Shown: positions 17,407-27,470 of the stretch, piece by piece | Layout: the number at the start of each line of letters is the position of its first letter | How positions within the stretch are numbered: the first letter of the stretch is position 1 | Sequence record: ON862890.1 | Origin: Escherichia phage A221 | Strand: one strand, 5' to 3' | DNA length: 64,000 nt | Program-made: the position numbers and the translations under genes | The notes under the pieces: generated by a model | The model's input: only the letters and a program-made list of their open reading frames with translations | Told to the model about the DNA's origin: nothing | Database searches by the model: none

Positions 17407-19597
17407 TGTAGAATACGCCCCGCTCAAGACGGGGTTTAAGACAGAAGACGTCAGACTGCGTATGGACCAAACGTTCATGCGCAAGCCGTCTGTGCGTGCA
17501 CCTCGTGTGGAGTTGATGCTAACCGACGAACAAGAATCGGAGTTCGTCGAGTGTGCGATGGACGCCCATTACTTCGCCGCCAACTACTACAAGATCACGA
17601 CCATCGATAAAGGCTTCATCCTCTTTGACATGCACGATTACCAGAAGCAGTTGTTCCATGACTTCCAGGACTATCGATTCAATGCGGTCGTCCAGGCTCG
17701 TCAGTCTGGGAAATGTGTAAAAGGTGACACGCTTGTCACAGTTTACGATACTCTCAGCCAAGAGCAGTTGCTCCTGACCATAGGGGAGCTTCACAGCCGC
17801 TTCGAGGACGTCAACCACGCTTTGCCGCTGAATACCATTGGCAACCATGACAAGTTCGTGGACAGCCGCTTCGGCAAGCGTTACTTTGTGCAATCCGATA
17901 GTGGCTGGGTTCCGGTTATCGCAGCGCATAAGACGAAGAAATATGCGGAATTCGTTATTGTGACTGTTACTGGGCGGCGAATTAACGTGGCCGACGAACA
18001 TATATTCTTCACTCCGGAAATGAAGGAGATATTTGCCAAAGACCTGAATGCTGGGTCATACATCATGACGTCAGAAGGTCCAGAAGAAATCCGTGAGGTT
18101 TGGCAGACTGGTGAGACGCATCACATGTATGACCTACAGGTGAAATCTAGTGATCAGCGCTACTACACCAACGGCTTCCTCAGCCACAACACGACAGTCG
18201 TGGCAGCGTTCCTGCTCTGGTATGCGATGTTCCACTCCGACAAAGAGATCGCAGTACTGGCGAACAAAGAGAAGCAGGCGATTGAAATCCTAGATCGTAT
18301 TCGCAAAGCATATCAAGATTTGCCATTCTTCCTCCAACAGGGTTGTGAGAAGTTCGGTTCCACGCTGATCGAGTTCGAAAACGGATCAAAGATCTACGCC
18401 TATGCGACATCTTCCGACTCCATCCGTGGTCGATCTGTATCTCTCCTGTATGTGGACGAAGTGGCGTTCATTGAAAACGACTTTGAATTCTGGGAGTCTA
18501 CATTCCCGGCGATTGCATCTGCAGAGACTTCACGTTGTATTCTGACCAGTACGCCGAAAGGTCAGCGCGGGTTGTTCTACGACATCGTCACCAAGGCGAA
18601 CCCAGAACATCCACAATACAACGACTTCAAGCTCACAGAGGTCCCATGGTATCGTGTTCCAACGTACACCAAAGATCCAGACTGGGAATCCAAACAAAGG
18701 GCGAAGCTGGGTGATGCACGTTTCGATCAAGAATTCGGTATTAAGTTCCGTGGTTCTGTGGGATCACTGATACCTGCCAAGTGTCTGGACAAGATGACCT
18801 CGAAGCTGTATCAGGAGCCGAACGAGTTCACCAAGATTTATCACGACTACGATCCTAAACGCATCTATATGGGTATCGCAGATACAGGCAAGGGTGTCGA
18901 AGGGGATTATTCTGTGCTGACCATTATCGACATCACAGACTATCCTCACAAGATCGCAGCCAAGTATCGAAATAACACGATACCTCCAATGATGTATGCG
19001 TACACAATCGCCGATATGGGTGAGAAGTATGGAACGTGCCCGATGCTAGTCGAGACTAACAACGACGTGGGTGGTCAGGTAATCACAATTCTATACCAGG
19101 AAATTGAATATCCCGAGATCATATTCACTACAACAGATACCAAGGGTACAGGCAAGAGAATCGGTGGTCGCCGCCCTGAGCCTGGTATCAATACCAACAA
19201 GAAGGTGCGCACAAACGGCTGCGCCAACCTGAAAGCCCTGATTGAACGTGAAATGCTGGTGATAGATGACCAGGACACGATAGATGAACTCAGTACATTC
19301 GTATGGACTGGGACAAGGTATGAAGCCGATGATGGTTGTCATGATGACTGTGTAATGCCCCTCGTGTTGTATGCATGGGCGGTGAAACAAGAATGGTTTA
19401 GTGATCTCACCAATTCAAATATCTCTGCGGACATGAGAGGACGGTTGTCTGCGATGGAAGAATCACAGATGCTACCATTTGGGGGTATGATGACGACGCC
19501 AGATCCTCACTCTGTGGAGAACATCCCAGGGTTCGGTGGAATTCAGGTTTATGATGAACGCTCTGGTATGTCTATGGAAGAATGGCTGAGACGGTGA
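17387..19597 (+). CDS. gp17: terminase large subunit (T4 gp17-like), intein-containing
   Basis: DYQKQLFHDF...ARQSGK[intein]TTVVAAFLLW...IEFENGSKIYAYATSSDSIRGRSVSLLYVDEVAF matches T4 gp17 ATPase around an interrupted Walker A; track start 17378 is GTG, ATG at 17387. Confidence 0.9.
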   Translation: MAYQKRDVEYAPLKTGFKTEDVRLRMDQTFMRKPSVRAPRVELMLTDEQESEFVECAMDAHYFAANYYKITTIDKGFILFDMHDYQKQLFHDFQDYRFNAVVQARQSGKCVKGDTLVTVYDTLSQEQLLLTIGELHSRFEDVNHALPLNTIGNHDKFVDSRFGKRYFVQSDSGWVPVIAAHKTKKYAEFVIVTVTGRRINVADEHIFFTPEMKEIFAKDLNAGSYIMTSEGPEEIREVWQTGETHHMYDLQVKSSDQRYYTNGFLSHNTTVVAAFLLWYAMFHSDKEIAVLANKEKQAIEILDRIRKAYQDLPFFLQQGCEKFGSTLIEFENGSKIYAYATSSDSIRGRSVSLLYVDEVAFIENDFEFWESTFPAIASAETSRCILTSTPKGQRGLFYDIVTKANPEHPQYNDFKLTEVPWYRVPTYTKDPDWESKQRAKLGDARFDQEFGIKFRGSVGSLIPAKCLDKMTSKLYQEPNEFTKIYHDYDPKRIYMGIADTGKGVEGDYSVLTIIDITDYPHKIAAKYRNNTIPPMMYAYTIADMGEKYGTCPMLVETNNDVGGQVITILYQEIEYPEIIFTTTDTKGTGKRIGGRRPEPGINTNKKVRTNGCANLKALIEREMLVIDDQDTIDELSTFVWTGTRYEADDGCHDDCVMPLVLYAWAVKQEWFSDLTNSNISADMRGRLSAMEESQMLPFGGMMTTPDPHSVENIPGFGGIQVYDERSGMSMEEWLRR
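17714..18190 (+). other. mini-intein (159 aa) inserted in the terminase Walker A P-loop
   Basis: Insert begins CVKGDTLVTV, ends ...TNGFLSHN, followed by Thr; flanking sequence reconstitutes QSGK-TT P-loop; no endonuclease domain evident. Confidence 0.75.
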
Positions 19598-19600
19598 TCA

Positions 19601-19607
19601 CTAAATA
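19601..19607 (+). promoter_or_regulatory. late-promoter-like motif CTAAATA
   Basis: Immediately after terminase stop, 43 nt upstream of sheath ATG 19650. Confidence 0.5.
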
Positions 19608-19649
19608 TCTTTCAAATTGAGCGAAACTCTACAGAGAAGGAATAAGATT

Positions 19650-21545
19650 ATGGCAACTCAAAGCTTCAGCGTTGCGCCGTCCGTACAGTGGACTGAGCGT
19701 GATGCCACGCTTCAGACGTCTCCATCCGTTGTTGTTCAGGGTGCGACTGTCGGCAAATTCCAATGGGGTGAAGCAGAACTCCCTGTGTTGGTCACTGGTG
19801 GCGAAACTGGTCTGGTGAAGAAATTCTTCAAGCCAAACGATGCAACTGCCACCGACTTCTTAGTGATTGCTGACTTCCTGTCTTACAGCTCTGTTGCATG
19901 GGTGACCCGTGTGGTCGGTCCGGCGGCACGCAACGCTGTAACCAAAGGTCAGACTGCAATCCTTATCCGCAACAAATTAGACTTCGAAACTGCGTCCCCA
20001 TCTGCGTCTATTACCTGGACAGGCCGCTATGCTGGCTCTCTGGGTAACGACATTGCTGTGAACATCTGTGATGCTGCGCTGTTCCCGACCTGGGAATTCC
20101 GTAACAACTTCGCATATGCTCCACAGGATGGCGAGTACCATATCGCCATCGTTGACAAAGTAGGTCGCATCACCGACTCTTCTGGCGCTGTTAGTCAGGT
20201 TGACCGTATCTCTGTATCCGGTACTGCCACCGCTGCTGGTTCCATCTCTGTTGCTGGTGAAGCCGTGGCGTACACTGACGCTGACACTCCGGCGACTCTG
20301 GCGACAAAGATCGGAACCGCGCTGACGTCTCTGTCTGAAGTGTATTCTTCTGTTGTCGTGAAGTCCAACACCGTCACCGTCACTCACAAAGCAATCGGTC
20401 CTCAGGCTGCGACTGCGATTGTTCCAGACGCGAATGGTATGACTGCTACCGCTGCCGTCACCACTGTTGGTGCTTCCGGTACGATCATCGAGAAGTATGA
20501 ACTGGTGCAGACCGCTCAGGGTTCTAAGAAATCTGATGGATCCAATGCGTACTTCAAAGACGTGATCAACGGCACCTCAAATTGGGTGTACACCTTCGCC
20601 ACTACCCTGGCTGCTGGTGTCATTGAACTCGAAGGTGGTGTAGACGATTACACTGGGAACCGTGTTGCGGCTATCCAGGCACTGAACAACGCCGAAGCGT
20701 ATGATGCCAAGCCAGTGTTCGGTTTCTGTGAAGAACTGATTGAGCAGCAGGCACTGATCGACCTGTCCACTGAGCGTAAAGACACAGTGTCCTTCGTGTC
20801 TCCTCTTCGCGATACGGTCGTCGGAAACCGTGGCCGTGAGATGGATGATGTTGTGGCCTGGCGTGAAAGCCTTGTTCGCGACTCCTCCTACTTCTTCATG
20901 GATGACAACTGGGCGTATGTGTACGACAAGTACAACGACAAAATGCGTTGGATTCCGGCTTGTGGCGGCACCGCAGGTGTTTGGGCGCGAAGCATTGAAA
21001 TCGCGGGTATCTACAAGTCTCCAGCGTTCCACAACCGTGGTAAATACAACAACTATAATCGAATGGCGTGGTCTGCGTCTTCTGATGAGCGTGCTGTGTT
21101 GTATCGCAACCAGATCAACAGCATCGTCACCTTCTCCAACGAAGGCATCGTGTTGTACGGCGACAAGACTGGCCTGACCCGCCCATCTGCGTTCGACCGC
21201 ATCAACGTTCGTGGTCTGTTCATTATGGCAGAGCAGAACATCGCAGCCATCGCCAAATACTACCTTGGTGAAAACAACGATGCATTCACTCGTGGGTTGT
21301 TCAGCAACGCTGTCCGCCCATATATCCGCCAGTTGGCCAACATGGGCGCGATCTATGACGGGATGGTGAAGTGTGACGAGGACAACAACACCGCTGATGT
21401 TATCGCTGCGAACCAGATGGTCGCGGGTATCTGGCTGAAACCAGAATACTCCATCAACTGGGTGTATCTGGACTTTGCTGCGGTACGTCCGGACATGGAG
21501 TTCAGCGAGATCGAAACTGGCGGTGGCATCGTAGCCGCTTCCTGA
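19650..21545 (+). CDS. gp18: tail sheath protein (T4 gp18-like)
   Basis: N-terminal VQGATVGKFQWGEAELPVLV matches the gp18 GKFQWG signature; ATG 19650 (track start 19617 is TTG); CTAAATA at 19601. Confidence 0.8.
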   Translation: MATQSFSVAPSVQWTERDATLQTSPSVVVQGATVGKFQWGEAELPVLVTGGETGLVKKFFKPNDATATDFLVIADFLSYSSVAWVTRVVGPAARNAVTKGQTAILIRNKLDFETASPSASITWTGRYAGSLGNDIAVNICDAALFPTWEFRNNFAYAPQDGEYHIAIVDKVGRITDSSGAVSQVDRISVSGTATAAGSISVAGEAVAYTDADTPATLATKIGTALTSLSEVYSSVVVKSNTVTVTHKAIGPQAATAIVPDANGMTATAAVTTVGASGTIIEKYELVQTAQGSKKSDGSNAYFKDVINGTSNWVYTFATTLAAGVIELEGGVDDYTGNRVAAIQALNNAEAYDAKPVFGFCEELIEQQALIDLSTERKDTVSFVSPLRDTVVGNRGREMDDVVAWRESLVRDSSYFFMDDNWAYVYDKYNDKMRWIPACGGTAGVWARSIEIAGIYKSPAFHNRGKYNNYNRMAWSASSDERAVLYRNQINSIVTFSNEGIVLYGDKTGLTRPSAFDRINVRGLFIMAEQNIAAIAKYYLGENNDAFTRGLFSNAVRPYIRQLANMGAIYDGMVKCDEDNNTADVIAANQMVAGIWLKPEYSINWVYLDFAAVRPDMEFSEIETGGGIVAAS

Positions 21546-21553
21546 TAAACAAA

Positions 21554-21581
21554 CCCCGCTTCGGCGGGGTTTTAAATTTTT
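21554..21581 (+). terminator. intrinsic terminator
   Basis: CCCCGC-ttcg-GCGGGG followed by ttttaaattttt after sheath gene. Confidence 0.65.
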
Positions 21582-21612
21582 CCCAGATTATTTTATTGAA
21601 TTACTTTACTTC

Positions 21613-21632
21613 TTCAATAACTCACGTATAAT
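21613..21632 (+). promoter_or_regulatory. TTCAATAA-N6-TATAAT promoter-like element
   Basis: cttcaataactcacgtataattc upstream of gene 21681; same box recurs at about 31835, 32095, 33094, 33116, 44591, 51063 and 56769. Confidence 0.4.
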
Positions 21633-21680
21633 TCTAAACATAAGCAGTACGACACCAACTTGAAACGAAGGAACTATATC

Positions 21681-22037
21681 ATGACCAAGACCGAAATTAA
21701 CGCTATCCTGAAAGAAATCGGCCTCTGTAACCTGAAACGCCGCATCAATCCTTACCAGCCTGCAAAGCCAGTACGCGACAGTCAGGGAAAGATGATAAAA
21801 GGGATCTACTGTGCAGATGTTGGTCCAATGACGGTGACCAGTCCACACATTGACAGATTTAACGCTATTGTTGGGGAGTTTTGTGGTAAGGTTCTGGGTA
21901 AACTAGCTAATGATTTATGCTCCCCAGATACCAAAGTTGTAGCTTTCGGGAGCCACCTCGTCACCTTCCACCTCACCAGCTTCCGTGCCCACGGTGATTA
22001 TTATGTGTATTATGCTCAGGTTGGCATTCGCAAATAG
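21681..22037 (+). CDS. hypothetical protein
   Basis: 118 aa; ATG at M8 of track ORF (codon 1 TTG); RBS gaaggaa; preceded by TTCAATAA-N6-TATAAT element; followed by bidirectional terminator. Confidence 0.4.
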   Translation: MTKTEINAILKEIGLCNLKRRINPYQPAKPVRDSQGKMIKGIYCADVGPMTVTSPHIDRFNAIVGEFCGKVLGKLANDLCSPDTKVVAFGSHLVTFHLTSFRAHGDYYVYYAQVGIRK

Positions 22038-22044
22038 TAGTTTA

Positions 22045-22070
22045 CCCCGCTGAGGCGGGGTTTTAGTTTT
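22045..22070. terminator. bidirectional terminator between convergent genes
   Basis: CCCCGC-tgag-GCGGGG followed by ttttagtttt; between gene 21681-22037 (+) and endonuclease gene (-). Confidence 0.6.
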
Positions 22071-23847
22071 CCAGTTCATACCGGATAAGACCACACCCCC
22101 AGATACGCCCCAACCCGGCTTCTATCGCCAGCATATCCTCTGTTTTACCTTCTACATCGTATCCAAGTTTAAGGAATTTCTCTTTCCTGAAATTGAATTT
22201 GTGTATACGTGAGCCATAGCCCGGAGTCACATATTTGTAATCAGGGGGAAGGATTTCCTTTTCAACAAATCCGTTATTCAGGTAAACATTTTTCAGACGA
22301 CTGACAACACAACGATCACCAAAAGAATATACTGTCTCACCCCGATGTCGAGCGATATAATATTTCAGCAAGCGTGAGAATGCGCCATGACAATTGTTAG
22401 AAGCAAATCTCACCAATTCAATACCATGCGTCCGTTTGGTAAACAACATCACCGCCTGGATATTCCCAGTTTTGTCTACAAGGTGTATATAATCTGTCGC
22501 CACCACACCACCTTGTATATGGAATCGGTCGAGAAAGTCCTTGGACGTCCTATAGGAGCCTTCTAAAATGATATGTTGGCGAGCGTATGACAATGGTTTC
22601 CCTATCCCCAATTTTGCTTTAAGGAGTGATTTAACCACTTCCCGTTTGTCACGCCACTCATCTTCCCAGATATGGATTAATTGAATACCCTGGGCTTCAC
22701 AGTACATGGTCTTTTCAAGATGGTAGTCTTTGTATCGATGTTTCTCTGTATGCCAGTACAAGCCGTTAAATTCTATTGCCAACTTATGTTCTGGGCAGTA
22801 TATGTCTATCTGGCGTGTGGTCACCCTTCCGTCGAACATTTTACCTCTGAGGACGGAGAAATTACCAGATTCGCATATAACACCCAATGAATCCAGGTAT
22901 GAACATATTTCTATTTCTGGCTGCGTTTGGCTTTGGCTGCTGGGGTACGTGAAAGAGTTCCTATATTCTTCAGAAGAGAAATAGTGAGGTACGCCGTATT
23001 TTTCTTTTGAAATGATCCTGGTATTGACCTGGCTTCTATCCCATATAGCCTTTACCTTCAACGGATAATCAACCCCATATTTTAAGACGCATGTTTTCTT
23101 TCTCTTTTCTATAATGGAATTGAGGAACATTGGATGATCCACACCATAGATCTTCCTCCAAGTCTCAATCACCCTTTCCCTCACTTCTGGCATTTTCATG
23201 ACGTGTGATACGCCATAGCGTTCCATGACGGAAGCAGCCACTCTGTCCTTTATAACATCAGACTTCATAGGGTGGTCGACCCCATATTTCTTAAGGACAG
23301 TTTCCCGCGACTTTTGTTTTACTTCTTCCAGTTGGAATGTGTTGGCTACGCCATATTTCTCTGATATGGCGTTTTCTAGGTTGACCCGTTCTGAGCCTCC
23401 CGCCTTCATTGATTTTCGTTGGCATTCTTCGGAACAAAACTTTTTGTATCTGGGTGGTTGGGCTTCCATTTCTAAGCCAACGTCAGCACCGCAAGTGACA
23501 CACTGCGACTTCGGAATATCGTACAGCCAAGCAGTTATCGCTTGTGGTTCTTCTAATAGGTCGTTGTGTGACACCACGTATCCAACAACATCAACCCCAG
23601 TATGGGCCGTGAGTAGGGGATGAGAGATAAGTTTGTAGTTCAACGAACCATCTTTCTTCCTGAGTTTACTATCAACCCAAGAGCGGCATTCGGTTTCGGT
23701 CGTCGGGATGTTATCCAACAAACCCGGATTGCGTTTCATCGTTCCCAGCATGAATGATTTACATTCGTCACTACAATACAACGCAGCCTTCCTGGTTGGG
23801 GTGAACGGTTTGTGGCAGCATGAACAATTTTTATCGGGGAATGGCAT
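22063..23847 (-). CDS. putative homing endonuclease, Hef-like (zinc ribbons + KYGV repeats + PD-(D/E)XK-like nuclease domain)
   Basis: Minus strand; ATG at 23847 with GAGGA RBS (track codon 1 is GTG); CxxC pairs; six imperfect repeats with core KYGVxHPM; EFNGLYWHTE...IHIWEDEW restriction-endonuclease-like motif; paralog of 29838-31826. Confidence 0.65.
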   Translation of the reverse strand: MPFPDKNCSCCHKPFTPTRKAALYCSDECKSFMLGTMKRNPGLLDNIPTTETECRSWVDSKLRKKDGSLNYKLISHPLLTAHTGVDVVGYVVSHNDLLEEPQAITAWLYDIPKSQCVTCGADVGLEMEAQPPRYKKFCSEECQRKSMKAGGSERVNLENAISEKYGVANTFQLEEVKQKSRETVLKKYGVDHPMKSDVIKDRVAASVMERYGVSHVMKMPEVRERVIETWRKIYGVDHPMFLNSIIEKRKKTCVLKYGVDYPLKVKAIWDRSQVNTRIISKEKYGVPHYFSSEEYRNSFTYPSSQSQTQPEIEICSYLDSLGVICESGNFSVLRGKMFDGRVTTRQIDIYCPEHKLAIEFNGLYWHTEKHRYKDYHLEKTMYCEAQGIQLIHIWEDEWRDKREVVKSLLKAKLGIGKPLSYARQHIILEGSYRTSKDFLDRFHIQGGVVATDYIHLVDKTGNIQAVMLFTKRTHGIELVRFASNNCHGAFSRLLKYYIARHRGETVYSFGDRCVVSRLKNVYLNNGFVEKEILPPDYKYVTPGYGSRIHKFNFRKEKFLKLGYDVEGKTEDMLAIEAGLGRIWGCGLIRYELEN

Positions 23848-23895
23848 AATAAATATCCTCACTTTGGAGTATTTTAACCCCCATTTATTTCAAAA

Positions 23896-23902
23896 CTAAA
23901 TA
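23896..23902 (+). promoter_or_regulatory. late-promoter-like motif CTAAATA
   Basis: 27 nt upstream of tail tube ATG 23929. Confidence 0.5.
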
Positions 23903-23928
23903 TTTACACTATTCAGAGGAGAACGACC

Positions 23929-24462
23929 ATGGCTACAGTTAATGAATTCAGAGCAGCTATGTCACGCGGGGGCGGCGTTCAGCGCCAACACCGTTGGCGT
24001 GTGACTGTTAACTTCCCTTCCTTCGTGGCTGGAAGCGATACCATCCGTGATGTTTCGCTGTTGGCGGTGACCACAAATACCCCAACAGGCCAGCTCGGGG
24101 AAATACTCGTCCCATGGGGTGGTCGTGAACTTCCATTCCCAGGTGACCGCCGCTTTGAAGCGCTGCCTGTGACGTTCATCAACGTCGTGGACAACGCTCC
24201 GTACAACGCATTCGAAGTCTGGCAGCAGTACATCAACGGCAGCAACAACAACCGTGCGTCTGCTAACCCAGATGATTATTTCCGTGATGTAATCATGGAA
24301 CTGTTGGATGCGAATGACAACGTCACCAAGACCTGGACCCTTCAGGGCACCTGGCCTCAGAACCTCGGTCAGCTGGAACTGGACATGTCTGCAATGGACT
24401 CTTATACTCAGTTCACTGTTGACCTGCGTTACTTCCAGGCCATCTCAGACAAGTCTCTCTAA
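23929..24462 (+). CDS. gp19: tail tube protein (T4 gp19-like)
   Basis: 177 aa; LPVTFINVVDNAPYNAFEVWQ and C-terminal LQGTWPQNLGQLELDMSAMDSYTQFTVDLRYF resemble T4 gp19; CTAAATA at 23896. Confidence 0.75.
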   Translation: MATVNEFRAAMSRGGGVQRQHRWRVTVNFPSFVAGSDTIRDVSLLAVTTNTPTGQLGEILVPWGGRELPFPGDRRFEALPVTFINVVDNAPYNAFEVWQQYINGSNNNRASANPDDYFRDVIMELLDANDNVTKTWTLQGTWPQNLGQLELDMSAMDSYTQFTVDLRYFQAISDKSL

Positions 24463-24528
24463 TGTCCTCAGTGCTGGGGGATCTTTATTCCCCCTCACTA
24501 ATTACAAGAAAATGTTGAGGACTTAATC

Positions 24529-26223
24529 ATGGCATTCGGTAATGGTGCATTCGGAAATGGGTTCTTCGGCCTGTTCGGTAGAGGCGGCAAAGTAGAAGCG
24601 CCGATTGATACTGACAAGATGGTCACGAACCAAGAAGAGAAGTTGCTTTCAAAAGCGACTGTTGTTGCGCTGGACGATTCTCAGGATGGTTCCATCATCC
24701 TCCAGGGCGGCGCGAACACATTCAATTTCGTTGGTGTTGAGAATGAGTTGCTCAACGTCAAACAGCTGGTCGAAGAGTACCAATCTATGGCTCAGCAGCC
24801 TGAGATTCGTAAGGCTGTGGATATCATTGTCAACGACGTCGTCACTTGTGAAGAGGAAGAGACTCCTGTAACCATCAACCTGGAAAAGGTAGATGGCATC
24901 ACAGACGAAGTCAAAGAGAAGATCACTGACGCATTCAAAGAGATCATGCATCTCCTTGACTTTGACAACACAGCGTATCAGAAGATCCGCAAATGGTATA
25001 TTGAAGGCCGTCAGGCATTCCACGTTGTAGTGGACCCGAAGAACAAGAAAGCGGGTATCGCCAAACTCATCATGATGGACTCACGCTGTATCCGTCCTGT
25101 ATACATCGTTCAAAAGGCGATGCGCGACGGTATCGAAGTCATCAATGACGTAAAACTTCAATACTACTACAACCCGAACTACAACCGCAACCAATTCACT
25201 GGCCAGTCCGGTACGTCTCAGAACTTCCAACCGTCACAGCAAGAGCTGGTGTTTGATGATGAGAGCATAGTGTATCTGGACAGTGGTGAAGAGCCTCTGG
25301 CGAATGGGGTTGTACCAAGCCTGCTGAACCCAGCTATCCGTCCCCTGAACAACCTTGTTACAACTGAAGATGCAACGGTGATCTATGCGATCACACGTGC
25401 TCCTGAGAAGCGAGCGTTCTATCTCGACGTGGGTACGCTGGGTAAGAAGTCGGCCGAAGAATACATGCAAGCCATGATGGGCAAATTCAAGAACCGCCTG
25501 GCGTATGATCGCACCACTGGTAAGGTGGCTGGTAACACTCATTTGATGGGTATCGCTGAGGACTACTGGCTACCACGTCGCGAAGGGCAGAACGCAACCG
25601 AGATCTCCAACGTAGGCGGTGGTGATCAACTGGGTCAAATGGATCATGTGGTATACTTCCGAGAGAAGCTCTACGAGGCTCTGATGATCCCTAAGAGCCG
25701 CCTGCAAGAGGAAGGTTCCATCAACATCGGTGGTTCCAATCTTGCTGAAATCACACAGGAAGAACTGCGCTTCAACAAGTTCTGTGCGAGCCTGCGCCGT
25801 CGTTATTCTTCTGGTATATTCCTGGAACTTCTGCGCCGTCAACTGATATTGAAAGGCATTACAGATCAGGCTGACTGGAATGAGAAGATCAAGCCGTTCG
25901 TCAAGTTCGAATTCACTTCTGACAGCTTCATCCGTGAACAACAAGAGAACGAAATCTTGTCACAGCGTATGGCGGCTCTCGGTCAGATCGAACCATATAT
26001 CGGCACTCTCTTCTCTATCGATTTTGCTCAACGCAATTTGCTGCGTATGTCCGATGAAGACATCAAAGACCAGCAAGAGAAAATCGCGAAAGAGAAGAAA
26101 GAAGGCAAATACCCTGAAGTGCAGGCAGATGAGTCCGGCGGCTTCGGCAGCGGGGAAGTCAGTCCACTGAAATTCAGACCTAACGTCATCCCAGCGACTA
26201 ATCCTCCTGGTGGTGAAGAATAA
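24529..26223 (+). CDS. gp20: portal protein (T4 gp20-like)
   Basis: 564 aa; QKIRKWYIEGRQAFHVVVDPKNKKAGIAKL and IYAITRAPEKRAFYLDVG resemble T4 gp20; position between tube and protease. Confidence 0.8.
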   Translation: MAFGNGAFGNGFFGLFGRGGKVEAPIDTDKMVTNQEEKLLSKATVVALDDSQDGSIILQGGANTFNFVGVENELLNVKQLVEEYQSMAQQPEIRKAVDIIVNDVVTCEEEETPVTINLEKVDGITDEVKEKITDAFKEIMHLLDFDNTAYQKIRKWYIEGRQAFHVVVDPKNKKAGIAKLIMMDSRCIRPVYIVQKAMRDGIEVINDVKLQYYYNPNYNRNQFTGQSGTSQNFQPSQQELVFDDESIVYLDSGEEPLANGVVPSLLNPAIRPLNNLVTTEDATVIYAITRAPEKRAFYLDVGTLGKKSAEEYMQAMMGKFKNRLAYDRTTGKVAGNTHLMGIAEDYWLPRREGQNATEISNVGGGDQLGQMDHVVYFREKLYEALMIPKSRLQEEGSINIGGSNLAEITQEELRFNKFCASLRRRYSSGIFLELLRRQLILKGITDQADWNEKIKPFVKFEFTSDSFIREQQENEILSQRMAALGQIEPYIGTLFSIDFAQRNLLRMSDEDIKDQQEKIAKEKKEGKYPEVQADESGGFGSGEVSPLKFRPNVIPATNPPGGEE

Positions 26224-26260
26224 TTCGACTAAGTATAGAAAACATTTAGAGGATATGAAC

Positions 26261-26431
26261 ATGGCTGCTATCGATCTGGTAAAAGCAATCATCGCTGGTG
26301 ATACTGATGCCGCTGCTGCTGAATGCGAAATGGAGCTGTCCGCTCGCGCCCAAGAACTGGTCCAGCAGGGTACTGAATATGTCTTGAACTCCCTGAGCCA
26401 AGACATGGGTCCTTTCGGCGACGACCAGTAA
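26261..26431 (+). CDS. small acidic head-associated protein (gp67-like by position)
   Basis: Track ORF 26210 starts at GTG inside portal gene; ATG 26261 with agagga RBS gives 56 aa; position between portal and protease. Confidence 0.3.
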   Translation: MAAIDLVKAIIAGDTDAAAAECEMELSARAQELVQQGTEYVLNSLSQDMGPFGDDQ

Positions 26432-26443
26432 GAGGAATGTATC

Positions 26444-26749
26444 ATGGAAATCGAAGAAGTTGCAACGTTCGCTGATTTCCTGGCTTCCCGCATGGATGAG
26501 CAGAAAGTCATTGACAAGGTGAACGCAAAAGGCAAACGCCGTCGCCGTCTGCAGTGTGCTCCTGGTTTCAAACTGTCTGCGGATGGTTCCCGTTGTGAGG
26601 TGATGGTCGCCAGTGAGCGCCGTACTCGCAAGCTGGGCAACCGCAAGGCGATCCGAGCCAAGAAACGCATGGGTATGGGATACCAACGCAAAATCGAGCG
26701 TCGTAAGAAAAAAGCAATGAAGTTCCGTCGTATGATGGGACTGAGTTAA
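26444..26749 (+). CDS. highly basic small protein (prohead core/internal protein-like by position)
   Basis: 101 aa; Arg/Lys-rich C-terminus; strong RBS; located in head morphogenesis block. Confidence 0.4.
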   Translation: MEIEEVATFADFLASRMDEQKVIDKVNAKGKRRRRLQCAPGFKLSADGSRCEVMVASERRTRKLGNRKAIRAKKRMGMGYQRKIERRKKKAMKFRRMMGLS

Positions 26750-26756
26750 GGAGCGA

Positions 26757-27425
26757 ATGATGAAACTGTTGCGTGAGATCACTGCGATAGGGAAAGACCT
26801 TCAGATTGGTGAAGCGGCCACGGCTACTGGCGGCAGAGCCATGTACATCGAAGGTCCATTCGTGATGTGTAACCAGGTGAACCGTAATGGTCGCAACTAC
26901 GATCTCCAAAAGGTGGGTATCCCTGCTGTCGAAGCATACGACAAAGAGTATATCCAGGATCGTCGTGCAATCGGTGAACTCAAGCATCCGGATTATCCTT
27001 TCCCCGATATCGAACACGCTGCACTCAAAACCGAATCTTTGCGCTGGGAAGGCACCAACGCTATCGGTCGAGCGCGGATCCTGAATACACCGAAAGGTCA
27101 GATCATTCGTGCTCTGGCTGAAGCAGACTTCAACCTGGCCGTGTCTACACGTGGCCTTGGTGAGACCAAGTCAGTGAACGGCTATGATGACGTTCAACCC
27201 GGCTTTATGCTCACTGCTGTTGATGCAGTCGACCGTCCTTCTGGACAAGTTTGTTATGTAAAGGCTGTGAGCGAATCTGTGGAATGGCAGCTTGATGAAT
27301 CTTCAGGAATTTGGGTTCCTAAGGACATTAAGGGGCATGTGGTCGATTCATTGGTGAAAACCAATATTCAGTTAGAAGACGACTTCCTGCGCCGCCTCGA
27401 TATCGCATTGAAACATCTGGGCTGA
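26757..27425 (+). CDS. gp21: prohead core protease (T4 gp21-like)
   Basis: 222 aa; MYIEGPFVMCNQVNRNGRNYD and GELKHPDYP segments resemble gp21-family proteases; synteny portal-protease-scaffold-capsid. Confidence 0.7.
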   Translation: MMKLLREITAIGKDLQIGEAATATGGRAMYIEGPFVMCNQVNRNGRNYDLQKVGIPAVEAYDKEYIQDRRAIGELKHPDYPFPDIEHAALKTESLRWEGTNAIGRARILNTPKGQIIRALAEADFNLAVSTRGLGETKSVNGYDDVQPGFMLTAVDAVDRPSGQVCYVKAVSESVEWQLDESSGIWVPKDIKGHVVDSLVKTNIQLEDDFLRRLDIALKHLG

Positions 27426-27436
27426 ATTCAGCCTCA

Positions 27437-27443
27437 CTAAATA
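27437..27443 (+). promoter_or_regulatory. late-promoter-like motif CTAAATAc
   Basis: 28 nt upstream of scaffold ATG 27471; followed by CTGAA/TTCAG inverted repeat. Confidence 0.5.
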
Positions 27444-27470
27444 CTGAAAATCGTTCAGAAGGAAACAATC

